A stretch of 64,000 nt of DNA from a virus (lineage: Duplodnaviria > Caudoviricetes). A model generated the notes under the pieces. That model saw nothing but the letters and a program-made list of their open reading frames with translations, made no database searches and was not told the DNA's origin. Both the position numbers and the translations under genes were made by a program. Positions 30,669 through 40,710 of this stretch are shown one piece after another; the stretch's first letter is position 1, and every line of letters begins with the position of its first letter. The stretch lies in the IMG/VR virus record IMGVR_UViG_3300025316_001101. One strand, written 5' to 3'.

Positions 30669-30928
30669 TAAGCACCCCTCTTAAACGAGGGTTTGGCAAC
30701 AGGCTTAGGATTCGCCGCCAAGAACGTGGGATTCACATGATCTACCACATCTTCTTGAGCTAGCTTGTCAATAAAGCTCTGCTCTTTCCCGATTGGAACT
30801 TCTACGGCATATCTCATGCCCATTGTGGACACTTTTACACCCCAGATTCCCAAATCTTGCAAACACTCTCTCACAACTGATTCGCTTATGGTGCTTTTGA
30901 ATTTAACAAAAATTGTACTGTAAGCCAT
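30668..30928 (-). CDS. hypothetical protein
   Basis: 86-aa ORF. Confidence 0.55.
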   Translation of the reverse strand: MAYSTIFVKFKSTISESVVRECLQDLGIWGVKVSTMGMRYAVEVPIGKEQSFIDKLAQEDVVDHVNPTFLAANPKPVAKPSFKRGA

Positions 30929-30929
30929 A

Positions 30930-31163
30930 TTATGAAAACATTCCTTTAATAAGATCGTAGAATACTACGGGCCACTGTAAAGAATACTTAGTAGCGAGCG
31001 GTATTGCCGCCCACTCTTTAGCAACTATCATCAACATGAAGAAACATGTAATGTATCCAACTCCATAAATGCCAGCTATCCAAGCCAAAATATATAACGT
31101 ACTATGCATAAGTGGTTTTTGTTCCGTCCCCATTGCTATGGGTTCGGCAAGCGTGGCCTCCAC
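30930..31163 (-). CDS. small membrane protein
   Basis: one hydrophobic helix. Confidence 0.5.
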   Translation of the reverse strand: MEATLAEPIAMGTEQKPLMHSTLYILAWIAGIYGVGYITCFFMLMIVAKEWAAIPLATKYSLQWPVVFYDLIKGMFS

Positions 31164-32163
31164 TGCCCATTGGAGGCTTGGGCCTCTGATGCTCTATATA
31201 CCCGTCCCAACATACATTTTTCTTCAACTCTTGTGCCGCCCTTTCCGCAGATGTCCTATCATAGAAGTATCCTATAATAGTATAACCACTCCACCAATGG
31301 CCGGTCACATGCGAATGAACATATTCAACTTCTGTGTCAAACGATGCTAAAACATTTTTGACTGCTCGCCTGGGAAACCACAATGGCTGAACCGTTACCG
31401 TCACCCAACTTAAATTCGATAACTCTAATCCATCCACATTCACATGCTGCTTATACATAAGCTCATTAGCACGTTCAACAGCCTGTGCCTTTCTCTCATT
31501 CTCATAGTCGTCCATAGTGACTATTTTGGAAGACACCCTCACATTTTCCAGTGGCGTGGGTTTGAGCGGAATATACGGAACATGTATGGGTGAAGCAGTC
31601 CACGGTCGTAAGTAATCTAAGGTGCCTGCCCTCTCATCAGTTTTAATCCTTAAAGCCATTTCCTCGACCGTTATCTTATTCGTATTGGCCCATTCACGCA
31701 TTTCCTCATCCGAAAAGGTGGTGGGCTTAGGCTGCCTAAGACCGCTTATGATATTTTCAATTTGATCATTTGAAAAAATATCTTTTTTAGATTGAGCAAC
31801 TGCTTGCATCCTTCGCAGCATCTCTTTATTACCAACCTTGCCAATCACTTCTGATAACTGTTTTCTTGCTGGCTCTTTACCAATTCCAGCAAGTTGCATC
31901 CAAACTTGTAAAGTTTGAGAATCAACCTCTGTAGTGACAGAAGGACGTGGCTCCGAATAATCCCTCATTCGAGTGACAGGCACAATGTAATCTTTTATAT
32001 CTGTATGATCCGCAGCGGCATACTCGGCTGCCAATCTAGCCCGATGCAATTTAACAGCCTCTTCTACATCTTGAGCATAGTCAGGATGTTTGGCCTTCAT
32101 AACACGGTCAAATATCTTTTCGGCTTCTGCGACTACTCTAAATGTTGCTTCGTTAGAGGCCAT
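31102..32163 (-). CDS. hypothetical protein
   Basis: long ORF, start moved to ATG 32163. Confidence 0.6.
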   Translation of the reverse strand: MASNEATFRVVAEAEKIFDRVMKAKHPDYAQDVEEAVKLHRARLAAEYAAADHTDIKDYIVPVTRMRDYSEPRPSVTTEVDSQTLQVWMQLAGIGKEPARKQLSEVIGKVGNKEMLRRMQAVAQSKKDIFSNDQIENIISGLRQPKPTTFSDEEMREWANTNKITVEEMALRIKTDERAGTLDYLRPWTASPIHVPYIPLKPTPLENVRVSSKIVTMDDYENERKAQAVERANELMYKQHVNVDGLELSNLSWVTVTVQPLWFPRRAVKNVLASFDTEVEYVHSHVTGHWWSGYTIIGYFYDRTSAERAAQELKKNVCWDGYIEHQRPKPPMGSGGHACRTHSNGDGTKTTYA

Positions 32164-32175
32164 AATTATTTCCAG

Positions 32176-32270
32176 TACGCCCAGTAGGAATTGCACCTAC
32201 GACCCTCGGTTTAGATTATGGGGCTGACTTGCCCCTAAGACCGATGCTCTATCTCCTGAGCTATGGGCGC
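32176..32270 (-). tRNA. tRNA-Arg(TCT)-like with 22-nt hairpin insertion in the anticodon loop
   Basis: Arg-type body; 29-nt loop CT[TAGGGGCAAGTCAGCCCCATAA]TCTAA. Confidence 0.7.
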
Positions 32271-32284
32271 ATTAATAAAACTCA

Positions 32285-32845
32285 TCAACTGATACGCAAT
32301 CTTTTATTCAATTTATCGATTAACCGGCATGTATAAACATCTACTTTAGATTTTATCGAATTGATATCCCACATGTTTTCATGCAATTCTATATGACATG
32401 TATGACAAAGCAAAATACATTTTTTTAATTCAGTGATAATTTCTGACCATTTTTTATAATGTATGTTTGTCATTTCAAACATTTTCGTTTCGCAATCTAT
32501 GTGATGAAAACACATCCCCTTATCACATCTATTGTAACCACACTTAATACACTTGCCACCTTTAATAGAAACACATTTTGCTTTCAAAGCGTATCTACGT
32601 CTTTTAGTATGACAAGAATTACATATCTTACTGGTTCCTCCGTGCCGCCTTTTATAGGTAAATTGCCTTCCGCAAATATCACATTCACAACCAAGTTCCT
32701 TGTGTGGAATTTCTAATTTTTTTGTATTATGCGTTTTGAATGGAGAACATTCAAAACAATATTTTCGTCTTTGCAGATTACGTTCTTTACCATCAATCTT
32801 CATCCTAAATGGAAATCGATCTCCACATTTTTTGCATATTGGCAT
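32285..32845 (-). CDS. HNH homing endonuclease
   Basis: C..CG..C..FHH..K...KC.LLC.TCH.E.H. Confidence 0.85.
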   Translation of the reverse strand: MPICKKCGDRFPFRMKIDGKERNLQRRKYCFECSPFKTHNTKKLEIPHKELGCECDICGRQFTYKRRHGGTSKICNSCHTKRRRYALKAKCVSIKGGKCIKCGYNRCDKGMCFHHIDCETKMFEMTNIHYKKWSEIITELKKCILLCHTCHIELHENMWDINSIKSKVDVYTCRLIDKLNKRLRIS

Positions 32846-32908
32846 ACAACTCCTTAGCGTAGATGTTAGTACATACTCTACATATGCATCTACGCTATAT
32901 TTTACTAA

Positions 32909-32982
32909 TAGGCTCGGCAGGACTCGGACCTGCGACCCCCAAATTATGAGTTTGACGCTCTAACCAACTGAGCTACGAGCCC
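32909..32982 (-). tRNA. tRNA-Ile2(CAT) (Met not excluded)
   Basis: GGGCTCG acceptor, loop CT-CAT-AA. Confidence 0.85.
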
Positions 32983-33038
32983 GTAACTTCTCACACCAGC
33001 ATACCAAAAAATTAATCTCAAGTCAACTCTTTTAGAAT

Positions 33039-34052
33039 ATGCTAGTTCATACAATCAGTCACGACCATCCCGCTATCATTGGCGGGGTATGTGTTCACGC
33101 ATGTAACTTCTTTAATGCTCTAGAAAAACTCATGCCTTTGGTGCGAACCAAATTCGTTCCTGGTATGCGTTTTGAGCTTACCGCTCAAAACGCCGATGTA
33201 CACATTAATCTAACGCTAAAAGACTATTGGGATCTTCTCAACAATCCACAATTCAAAGGCAAGAAAATTGCCTATCCTGTATTTGAATGGACGAACACTG
33301 AAAATTTTCCTAAATTATTCGAACAACACGATCAATTGTGGGTGCCATCGCAATGGCAAAAAGACAATATTATTAAAAGCGGATATGATGCTAATAAAGT
33401 TAAAGTCATTCCTGAAGGGGTAGACCCGACCGTATTTAATCCACAGATTAAACCTAATCGAGAAGTGACCAAAGTCAACAAGTTTAAGTTTTTGTGTGTT
33501 GCCCGATTAGACGTTAGAAAAAGCTTAGACACTCTTCTTGAAGCATTCATAGAAGAATTTACATATCAGCCAAATGTCATGTTAATGTTAGCTCCTATAA
33601 CGCCCAACACTAAAATCATTTCACACCCTCAAATTGCACATATCAACACAGTGGTACATCACGAACAACTTAATAGTTTGTATACGGCCTGTGACGCATT
33701 TGTATTACCGTCTAAAGCCGAAGGCTGGGGACTTCCCATCTGTGAAGCAATGGCGTGTGGACTTCCTACCATTACTACGAATTATAGTGCCATGACTGAA
33801 TTCTGTAATGAAGACACCACCTATTTTGTCAATCATGAGCTAAAAGAAATGCCAGATGATTGGAATGGATTAAAAAATCCTGGTATGTGGGCAATAGCAG
33901 ATAAGGCTCATCTCAAACATCTCATGCGACATATTTATGAAAATCGTGAGGAGGCCAAAGAAAAAGGACTAAAGGCGTCTAAGCACATTCTTGAAAATTT
34001 CACTTGGGGTATGGCTGCTCAAAAGGCAAAGCAAGCCTTAGATGCGATTTGA
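33039..34052 (+). CDS. glycosyltransferase family 4
   Basis: RK, FVLPSKAEGWGLPICEAMACGLP. Confidence 0.92.
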   Translation: MLVHTISHDHPAIIGGVCVHACNFFNALEKLMPLVRTKFVPGMRFELTAQNADVHINLTLKDYWDLLNNPQFKGKKIAYPVFEWTNTENFPKLFEQHDQLWVPSQWQKDNIIKSGYDANKVKVIPEGVDPTVFNPQIKPNREVTKVNKFKFLCVARLDVRKSLDTLLEAFIEEFTYQPNVMLMLAPITPNTKIISHPQIAHINTVVHHEQLNSLYTACDAFVLPSKAEGWGLPICEAMACGLPTITTNYSAMTEFCNEDTTYFVNHELKEMPDDWNGLKNPGMWAIADKAHLKHLMRHIYENREEAKEKGLKASKHILENFTWGMAAQKAKQALDAI

Positions 34053-34292
34053 CCAAATCCTAATATTGTAATACCAATAAGTCCCATCCTTATATTGATT
34101 GGCATCCCAATCCATTTCGATATCACCCTCGAATTCAGAAAACTGTGGATTCTGAGTGAAGAACTCGTCCCACAAATCAATAATAGCCGTATCAGATACA
34201 AAAGCGGCCCCTTGAGTCCAAGTTTCTAGCCATTCCTGCAACTGCTTCACCGCACCGTCTATCGTATAGTTGTCTATCCAGTAATTCTTCAT
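34038..34292 (-). CDS. hypothetical protein
   Basis: 84-aa acidic ORF. Confidence 0.5.
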   Translation of the reverse strand: MKNYWIDNYTIDGAVKQLQEWLETWTQGAAFVSDTAIIDLWDEFFTQNPQFSEFEGDIEMDWDANQYKDGTYWYYNIRIWSNRI

Positions 34293-34312
34293 ACTCTAGA
34301 TATGCATATTAC

Positions 34313-34747
34313 TCACAACTCATGTGTTCTAGTAGAACAAAATGGATCTAATCCCTCGGCTATTAGCATTGCTATTCCAGGCATAATTGGTTGAGGCAAT
34401 TCGTCCCAAGGAGCCCAAATCCACTCAACACACTTAGTCGGCTCGATTACTTTGGGCTTCCCCTTCTCCCAATCCACTACCATGAAAATGGTTAAATAAT
34501 GTTTCTTTTCTTTTGGAAAAACCACATTTTCTAACCACCAAAAAGCGGGGTTGGATATGTTCAATCCCGTTTCTTCTAAAGTCTCACGAATTGCCGTTTG
34601 TTCGAAAGTTTCCCCATACTCCAAATGCCCACCCGGAAAACCCCAAAACCCACAAGCGTGCTTGCTTTTACGCTTCCCAATTAAAACTTTACCTTCTTTT
34701 TTTATAATCGCAGCAACCCCAATCATTGGGCGAGGGATAGAAGCCAT
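34313..34747 (-). CDS. NUDIX hydrolase
   Basis: GGHLEYGETFEQTAIRETLEETGL. Confidence 0.93.
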   Translation of the reverse strand: MASIPRPMIGVAAIIKKEGKVLIGKRKSKHACGFWGFPGGHLEYGETFEQTAIRETLEETGLNISNPAFWWLENVVFPKEKKHYLTIFMVVDWEKGKPKVIEPTKCVEWIWAPWDELPQPIMPGIAMLIAEGLDPFCSTRTHEL

Positions 34748-34757
34748 TTTATTCTCC

Positions 34758-35000
34758 TTACAATGCAGAAGCCTTTAATATTTTACGACATTCCGCTACC
34801 GTTAATGTAATCTGAACTGTACATTCAGGTGGCCAATCTGCATTTGTGCAATTTGCCGCCTTGTACTTAATAGCCTGAGCAGTAATTGCCAAAGCCTCAT
34901 CTCGTAACGTCTTCTTGGTTACCTTTTGCAGCTTTACCGCTGTTTTCTTAGGAACCTTTGTACTTTTGCGAACTTTTGTCGCAACTGCTGACTTTCTCAT
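34758..35000 (-). CDS. basic hypothetical protein
   Basis: SD plus K-rich ORF. Confidence 0.5.
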   Translation of the reverse strand: MRKSAVATKVRKSTKVPKKTAVKLQKVTKKTLRDEALAITAQAIKYKAANCTNADWPPECTVQITLTVAECRKILKASAL

Positions 35001-35065
35001 GATATGCTCCTATAAATGGTCTACATACATAATAGCATAGTGAAAGTTGATCAACAACAGGAAAG

Positions 35066-35138
35066 TAGGGCGTGGTGGAATCGGACCACCTTCTGTACCT
35101 TATAAGAGTACGGTCCTGGACCATTGAACGAACGCCCC
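35066..35138 (-). tRNA. tRNA-Ile(TAT)
   Basis: GTACT-CTTATAA-GGTAC. Confidence 0.88.
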
Positions 35139-35180
35139 AAATGAAGTAGATTCTACTCCAGAGTAGAATTCCACTACAGA

Positions 35181-35516
35181 CTAGAACGCCACGTCTTTGG
35201 GTTCTATCAATTCTGGTGGCTTGGCCAGCATGCCTTTACCCCATACAAATTCAAGAGAAGTGTCTATTCGAGGCAAAAAATCTTTGCCAAAGTTTAATGG
35301 CTCGCCAGGATTGGGATTAGAAAGAATGCCCTTACCCCACTTAAACTCTAAGTGGCGATTCTTCGCAGACATATACGTAATGGCATCAGAGGCCCAATTA
35401 ATTACGTCAGAAGATGGATATAAACCCATGCCTCCATACCCCATTGGATATAAACCCACTCTAGATCCAGGAGCAGATGCACGTTCGACTAATTGCAACC
35501 ATTCTTTGAAGTTCAT
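35181..35516 (-). CDS. hypothetical protein
   Basis: MNFKEWL start after CTAAATA motif; YP.GY motif. Confidence 0.6.
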   Translation of the reverse strand: MNFKEWLQLVERASAPGSRVGLYPMGYGGMGLYPSSDVINWASDAITYMSAKNRHLEFKWGKGILSNPNPGEPLNFGKDFLPRIDTSLEFVWGKGMLAKPPELIEPKDVAF

Positions 35517-35531
35517 GCTATTATTTAGCAT

Positions 35532-36131
35532 TTATTTCTTCAATTTAGCAATCAAGTCTTCCATTACTTTCTGTAATTGAGCCAATTCTTGATTCATGGC
35601 CGCTACCAATTCATCAGCCATAACCTCTCCCCTCTGCTCAACTTCTTGTGCTTTCTTCAAAAACGCATCCATCGTTTCATGCAAGTGATTGAGTTGATCG
35701 CTTACCTTGATAGTAAGTTGATCCGCCACCTCTAAAACCTGCTCGATTTTACTCGCAGCAGTAGTTTCAAACTGACTTGCAATTTCCTTGATTTTGGCAA
35801 ATAAATTGTCGAAAAGTTGTCTTTGATCGTTCATAATAGCCTCCTGTTTTATATATGCTGATGGCTCCTTGCTTTTGCCTAAATACGCACTAGACCAATC
35901 CAGCTTATTCTCTACATCTTCATCTTTATTTTCACGTTCATACAATGAAAGGTGATCTCCACTAATAATCTCCACCTTTATATCCTCAGCCGCCAACCGA
36001 TAGTCCGTATGCTTCCCGTGATCATAAACACGGAAAAAATACTCATGGTCGAAAATATTGTAGAGAATATAACCCTTCACACCATTAGCTGGCTTTTCAG
36101 TCACGATAATCTCCCATGTAAATAGAGCCAT
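35532..36131 (-). CDS. hypothetical protein with helical C-terminus
   Basis: 199-aa ORF. Confidence 0.55.
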   Translation of the reverse strand: MALFTWEIIVTEKPANGVKGYILYNIFDHEYFFRVYDHGKHTDYRLAAEDIKVEIISGDHLSLYERENKDEDVENKLDWSSAYLGKSKEPSAYIKQEAIMNDQRQLFDNLFAKIKEIASQFETTAASKIEQVLEVADQLTIKVSDQLNHLHETMDAFLKKAQEVEQRGEVMADELVAAMNQELAQLQKVMEDLIAKLKK

Positions 36132-36174
36132 CCTGCCGCAAGCGGCAGGATGGCTCCCCCAACAAGAAAGGAAC

Positions 36175-36414
36175 CTACTTCTTCTCTACCCCAACCGTTT
36201 TTTGTTCAGGCTTGCCGTCTTCCCCTATCGCACAAAGCTGTCCCGGCCCCGTGTATACAACGTAAATTATATTATTGACTACCACCTCTCTGAAATACTC
36301 TGGCTTCACTTCAATCAACTGTGTGTTCCACTTTGATGTCCATTCCACTCTAAACATTATACACAAAATTGCAACTAATACAAGAGTCTGTATAGACGAC
36401 AATATCTTTTGCAT
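36175..36414 (-). CDS. small membrane-anchored protein
   Basis: N-terminal hydrophobic helix. Confidence 0.5.
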   Translation of the reverse strand: MQKILSSIQTLVLVAILCIMFRVEWTSKWNTQLIEVKPEYFREVVVNNIIYVVYTGPGQLCAIGEDGKPEQKTVGVEKK

Positions 36415-36483
36415 GATTATTCCTTTATTTTCTTACTGGCCCCGCATATATACCTATACAATGCCAGTATGAGGAGACTAAAA

Positions 36484-36909
36484 ATGATATGCAGACAATG
36501 CCAGGAAGATCTACCAACCGAAAAATTCTCAAAATGGAGAAGAGTGTGTAAACGATGCCGACATAAAAACCAATGGCCTCGCCACTATGCTAAAAACAAA
36601 GATCAGATTCTTGAAAAAGGTAAAAAACGAACCAAAGCAAACAAACTCCAAGTGATTGATTATTACAGCAATGGAACTATGAAATGTAACAGATGTAACA
36701 TGAATGATATAAGAGTGCTAACCTTGGATCATATTAACGGTGGCGGCAATGCGCATCGTAAACAAGTTGGAAACTCTACTTATTTTCGCTTAATTCAACA
36801 ATACAAAAAAACTAATCAATGGGAAGATGGATATCAAGTATTGTGTATGAACTGCCAATTCATTAAAAGATGTGAAAATAACGAATTGAGAAAACGCAAA
36901 ACCGATTGA
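36484..36909 (+). CDS. HNH-like endonuclease
   Basis: C..C, LTLDHINGGG..HR, QVLCMNCQ. Confidence 0.8.
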   Translation: MICRQCQEDLPTEKFSKWRRVCKRCRHKNQWPRHYAKNKDQILEKGKKRTKANKLQVIDYYSNGTMKCNRCNMNDIRVLTLDHINGGGNAHRKQVGNSTYFRLIQQYKKTNQWEDGYQVLCMNCQFIKRCENNELRKRKTD

Positions 36910-36922
36910 TCAACTCCAAGAA

Positions 36923-36952
36923 GCCCCATCCCGGCGAAAGCCGGGATGGGGC
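36923..36952. terminator. terminator hairpin
   Basis: GCCCCATCCCGGC-GAAA-GCCGGGATGGGGC. Confidence 0.7.
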
Positions 36953-36970
36953 AATCGGATCACTCCCCAC

Positions 36971-37369
36971 TTACTTTACACAACAAGTATCACCATCGCC
37001 ATCACAACACTTCTCTTTATCGCTATGGTGATCGCCATCTTTATCTTCTGGCGGTTCACGACCTTCGGCCATTGCCTCGATCTTATTGAGGATCTTACCA
37101 AGTTCCTTTTCGAACTTTTTCTGTTGACCCTCGAATTGTTTGCGAGCCGCTTCCATCTTGGATCGCAATTCAATAGCCTTGAGGATTTGCTCCTTGGCCT
37201 TTGCCTTGTTTTCCTTAACTCGCTCTTCATTAATTTCCTTGAGTGCTTCACTCAACACAGTCCTGTCAAGAACGGACTTGGCAGGATCAAACCCCAGCAC
37301 ACTTTCAAGTCTCTCTGCTTGCGTTGCCATTACACAGTCTCCTAATGTGGTAAGATTGGTATTAACCAA
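36971..37369 (-). CDS. coiled-coil hypothetical protein
   Basis: K/E-rich heptads. Confidence 0.6.
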   Translation of the reverse strand: MVNTNLTTLGDCVMATQAERLESVLGFDPAKSVLDRTVLSEALKEINEERVKENKAKAKEQILKAIELRSKMEAARKQFEGQQKKFEKELGKILNKIEAMAEGREPPEDKDGDHHSDKEKCCDGDGDTCCVK

Positions 37370-37381
37370 AGCCTTACTATA

Positions 37382-37981
37382 TCATTCCGTCTTGAAGATG
37401 TCAATAAGGGAATTCAAAACTTGATCAGCCTGTTCATTAAGATGAGTTGCCTGTTCAATCGGCACCTTAAATCCAGGCAAGCTCTTTTCCAATTCGGCCA
37501 AATCTTCATCAATTTCTTCAGCTAAATTCCGCTCGCCAGTCTGGAGATTGGCTTCATAAACCCAACTCTTTAGATTCATTGTAGTGACCCTTATTTCGCC
37601 TTGAGGTTCGTATTGTGCCCCCTTGTATGAAACGGCAGGAAGCTGCACGGGTTCATTTAATTCACCAATATCATACCACAGCCGCTTCTCGCATAGTTTG
37701 CCAACATAATAATCACGACATCTGCTAATAAAAGTGCTTCGCAAACTGGTAACAAAGATACCCACACGTTCGTGTCGGTCGGCCTTCTTGTGTTCCCGTT
37801 TAGCCACAGAACGAGCATGTTTAATTGCTCTGGCAATCGAGTCTACAAGCTCTCTACGGGTTGGCATTTCAATTTCTCCCATCTGGGGTTGAGATTTTTC
37901 AATAAATTTTGTTGCTGAAATAACCATAGAATGTTTGTTATTGAAAGCCATAGTTATTTTATCGTAATCTGTTAAGCTCAT
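37382..37981 (-). CDS. hypothetical protein
   Basis: 199-aa ORF. Confidence 0.55.
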   Translation of the reverse strand: MSLTDYDKITMAFNNKHSMVISATKFIEKSQPQMGEIEMPTRRELVDSIARAIKHARSVAKREHKKADRHERVGIFVTSLRSTFISRCRDYYVGKLCEKRLWYDIGELNEPVQLPAVSYKGAQYEPQGEIRVTTMNLKSWVYEANLQTGERNLAEEIDEDLAELEKSLPGFKVPIEQATHLNEQADQVLNSLIDIFKTE

Positions 37982-37995
37982 GCCTATATAATTCT

Positions 37996-38295
37996 ATGGA
38001 ATTCAAACAGTGGTTAATACTTCAAGAAAAAGCAGAGCGCACTTCATCAAGGGTGCCATTATATCCACCACAATACCATACGAAGCAGTACAGCCCATTA
38101 TATCATGCTCCCTATACTGCTGATTATGCTTATTGGCTGCATGCTAAGATTGCTCCCTACACCTACACTGATTATCAAAAGCATTTTGGAGGCACAGACG
38201 AGCCACCCAAACCCACTTGGGATGTACACAATCATGACACTCCTGCACATGGGCATACCGTTACCGATAAATTCAAGTGGTCTATAGCCAATTAA
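37996..38295 (+). CDS. Tyr/Pro-rich hypothetical protein
   Basis: MEFKQWL start, LYPP.Y motif. Confidence 0.6.
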   Translation: MEFKQWLILQEKAERTSSRVPLYPPQYHTKQYSPLYHAPYTADYAYWLHAKIAPYTYTDYQKHFGGTDEPPKPTWDVHNHDTPAHGHTVTDKFKWSIAN

Positions 38296-38513
38296 GCGTT
38301 ACAAAATCAAAGCTAGCACAATCATCTCTTGGTCCAGATCGGGACCAAAAGAAACATTGATCGCAATGGCAACTCCAAGAGTAATTTAACCAAGACGATT
38401 GTTTTTCAGGAATTGCACGCCGAATGATTTTCATCTTGTTAAAACAAAAATGATTATCAAAATAGAAAGCAACACAATGATTACATCAATGGTATGATTG
38501 AGAATGAAAGATT

Positions 38514-38834
38514 TCATAAATTTCCATGCCTTGCCAGTTCTTGATCAAATCGAGATAACAAGCGATGAACCATCAATCTCTTACACTCTTTATCCTGTTC
38601 GTTTCGACCCCACCACATTAGAACATCTGGACGCAAATTTTGCAAGTCCTCTGATTTCACCTTAGCAAAGACCGCTCGTTGCACATCAGAAAGTGGATAT
38701 TGACCAGGACCAAGATGTCGTTTGCATCTCCACTCGTCACCAGAAAACCACCACTGCAACCCTTGTAAAATGTCATTTGGGTCCATGATTATCTCCCTGG
38801 TTTTTTCGCCAACACCCAGACTTGTGCTTGACAT
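38514..38834 (-). CDS. hypothetical protein
   Basis: 106-aa ORF. Confidence 0.45.
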   Translation of the reverse strand: MSSTSLGVGEKTREIIMDPNDILQGLQWWFSGDEWRCKRHLGPGQYPLSDVQRAVFAKVKSEDLQNLRPDVLMWWGRNEQDKECKRLMVHRLLSRFDQELARHGNL

Positions 38835-39478
38835 ACAGGATTGTACGTAATTTTACCATCCTCTGCAACCTCCAAATGATCTGGCCACCAATGCTTATTG
38901 AACATGTACTCCATATATTTGAAATTTCCCCAAAATCCACATTCGCAAATTTCAAATCCACATGATGTCATGATGGCGCACAAACCAATAGGTGTAATCC
39001 CCCAAAAATGAAACGGCATTAAATGTGGAATACAAACAGTCGGTACACTCGTATATAAATGCCCACCCGGCTTGAGATGCTCAAACAATCTAGTAATAGC
39101 AACAAATGGATCATATAAATGTTCTAGCGTCTGATTAAAAACAACTAAATTATAATTTTTCTTATCTAAAGATAAGGTGTGCAGATCGTGTGCTGGGTAT
39201 GATGCAACGGTGGTCATTCGATAATCAAGATACTTAATTTCTGGATCTTCGTCGCACGTACACAACAAACCTTCACCATGTTGAATATTGTGTTTTACAA
39301 TCCATTCTTTGAAATCACAAATAGATATAAAACGACAGGCATCTCTCCCCTTCCAATAAGTTCGCTCTTCATCCGTTAGAGTTGACGAAAGTAATTCAAA
39401 TCTTTCGAAATAAGCAGAATCCTTTATAATATGCTTTTGATAAAGATTATAAATTTCTTCGTTTGATAATAATCTCAT
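38789..39478 (-). CDS. methyltransferase-like protein
   Basis: NQTLEHLYDP..A....LKPGG.LY..VP. Confidence 0.75.
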   Translation of the reverse strand: MRLLSNEEIYNLYQKHIIKDSAYFERFELLSSTLTDEERTYWKGRDACRFISICDFKEWIVKHNIQHGEGLLCTCDEDPEIKYLDYRMTTVASYPAHDLHTLSLDKKNYNLVVFNQTLEHLYDPFVAITRLFEHLKPGGHLYTSVPTVCIPHLMPFHFWGITPIGLCAIMTSCGFEICECGFWGNFKYMEYMFNKHWWPDHLEVAEDGKITYNPVCQAQVWVLAKKPGR

Positions 39479-39550
39479 AAGTACCCTCCCCTAAAATCGA
39501 AAAAATTTTCTATTATTTTACGATTTCGACTCATTTATAGGATAACAAGG

Positions 39551-39627
39551 CAACCGTGGAGGGAGTCGAACCCACATGCGTCCAATTACTCTTTCAACGC
39601 TTTAGGAAAGCGAGGAGATACACGGTC
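39551..39627 (-). ncRNA. rearranged tRNA-like RNA, anticodon CCT (Arg), D-arm displaced
   Basis: acceptor GACCGTG/CACGGTT, T-arm with TTCGACT loop, CGCT-TTCCTAA-AGCG arm nested in TATCTC/GAGTA stem, then ATTGG. Confidence 0.7.
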
Positions 39628-40377
39628 ATGATTACTAAAGTACAAATCATAGAAGATATCCGCAAGATCAAAACCAAAACTGGCAAAATACCATCTAAAG
39701 TTACATATGAAAAAATCGGCTCACATTCTTTGAAAACAATCAAGAAATTATTTGGAAACTGGTCAAGTGCTGTCTATGAATCGTTGGGAGTAAAACCCCT
39801 CATATACGCTCGCCGCCCGGTCGTGACATGTGCGACATGTGGTAAAGCCACCAAAAATTCAAAGTTTTGTTCGAGTTCATGTGCGGCGTCCTATGGAAAT
39901 AGAAACGCCAACGGACGAAAAATTGGCAAAAAACGCAAACCAGGATTTTGCCGCCTTTGTGGTGAACCGTGCCATTATCGCAAAAAACGTTGTGAATTAT
40001 GCAAAACAAAAATCAAAACAGTCGATGGTACATACGCCGTCATTGAAACTCTTACTAAACAACAAGCATCCACCAATGATACGCAAAAATACAGAAGAAT
40101 CAGAAACCATGCTCGTATCATCGCCAAAGCCAACCACCTGTTAATAGAATGTTTCAAATGCGGCTACAACACGCATGTCGAATGTTGTCACAAAAAGTCT
40201 ATCAAGAGTTTCGACAAAGACACACCAGTAATAGAAATAAATGATCCACAAAACCTACTGGGTCTCTGTAGGAACCATCATTGGGAATTCGATAATTTAA
40301 CAGAATTCCACAAACACGTGCTGGCTATGTGTGATGTTTTGAAAATGCCTCTGTTATCGACATCGGCATCCTGTTAA
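39628..40377 (+). CDS. HNH homing endonuclease
   Basis: FCSSSC, C.KCG...VECCH...N...LCRNHHWEFD; real start ATG 39628. Confidence 0.8.
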   Translation: MITKVQIIEDIRKIKTKTGKIPSKVTYEKIGSHSLKTIKKLFGNWSSAVYESLGVKPLIYARRPVVTCATCGKATKNSKFCSSSCAASYGNRNANGRKIGKKRKPGFCRLCGEPCHYRKKRCELCKTKIKTVDGTYAVIETLTKQQASTNDTQKYRRIRNHARIIAKANHLLIECFKCGYNTHVECCHKKSIKSFDKDTPVIEINDPQNLLGLCRNHHWEFDNLTEFHKHVLAMCDVLKMPLLSTSASC

Positions 40378-40402
40378 CGCATTGGCTACACCGCATGCCT
40401 TC

Positions 40403-40612
40403 TCAATTACCCAGCAATATAATAACAAAAATTATCACTCCTATTACCATCACAAGACAGCCTAGTGATTTACACTGTTGTGCGGCCACAATGTTTTGCA
40501 CTTCTTTATTAAACTCGTCTTCTGGAATAGCATTAATGTGTAACCAATACGTAAGTTGCGTTTCGGTTAAATCACCTTGCAAATATTTAATTGCCAAATC
40601 ATATGCTGTCAT
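40403..40612 (-). CDS. small membrane protein
   Basis: C-terminal hydrophobic helix. Confidence 0.5.
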   Translation of the reverse strand: MTAYDLAIKYLQGDLTETQLTYWLHINAIPEDEFNKEVQNIVAAQQCKSLGCLVMVIGVIIFVIILLGN

Positions 40613-40710
40613 TTTTTACCTAATGCCCCCCCCTCTTTATTCCCTTGCTTTCTCTTCCATTTCCACGGTTTCTACCAGCAAACGTTCGAAATCAGATCAT
40701 ATTTTTTAAG

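Noticed and set aside
39556-39627. Track N-terminal extensions of several ORFs (39556, 46143, 47666, 48315, 41825, 1524)
   Set aside because: They run through tRNA/ncRNA or intergenic sequence; downstream ATGs with SD or late motif fit better
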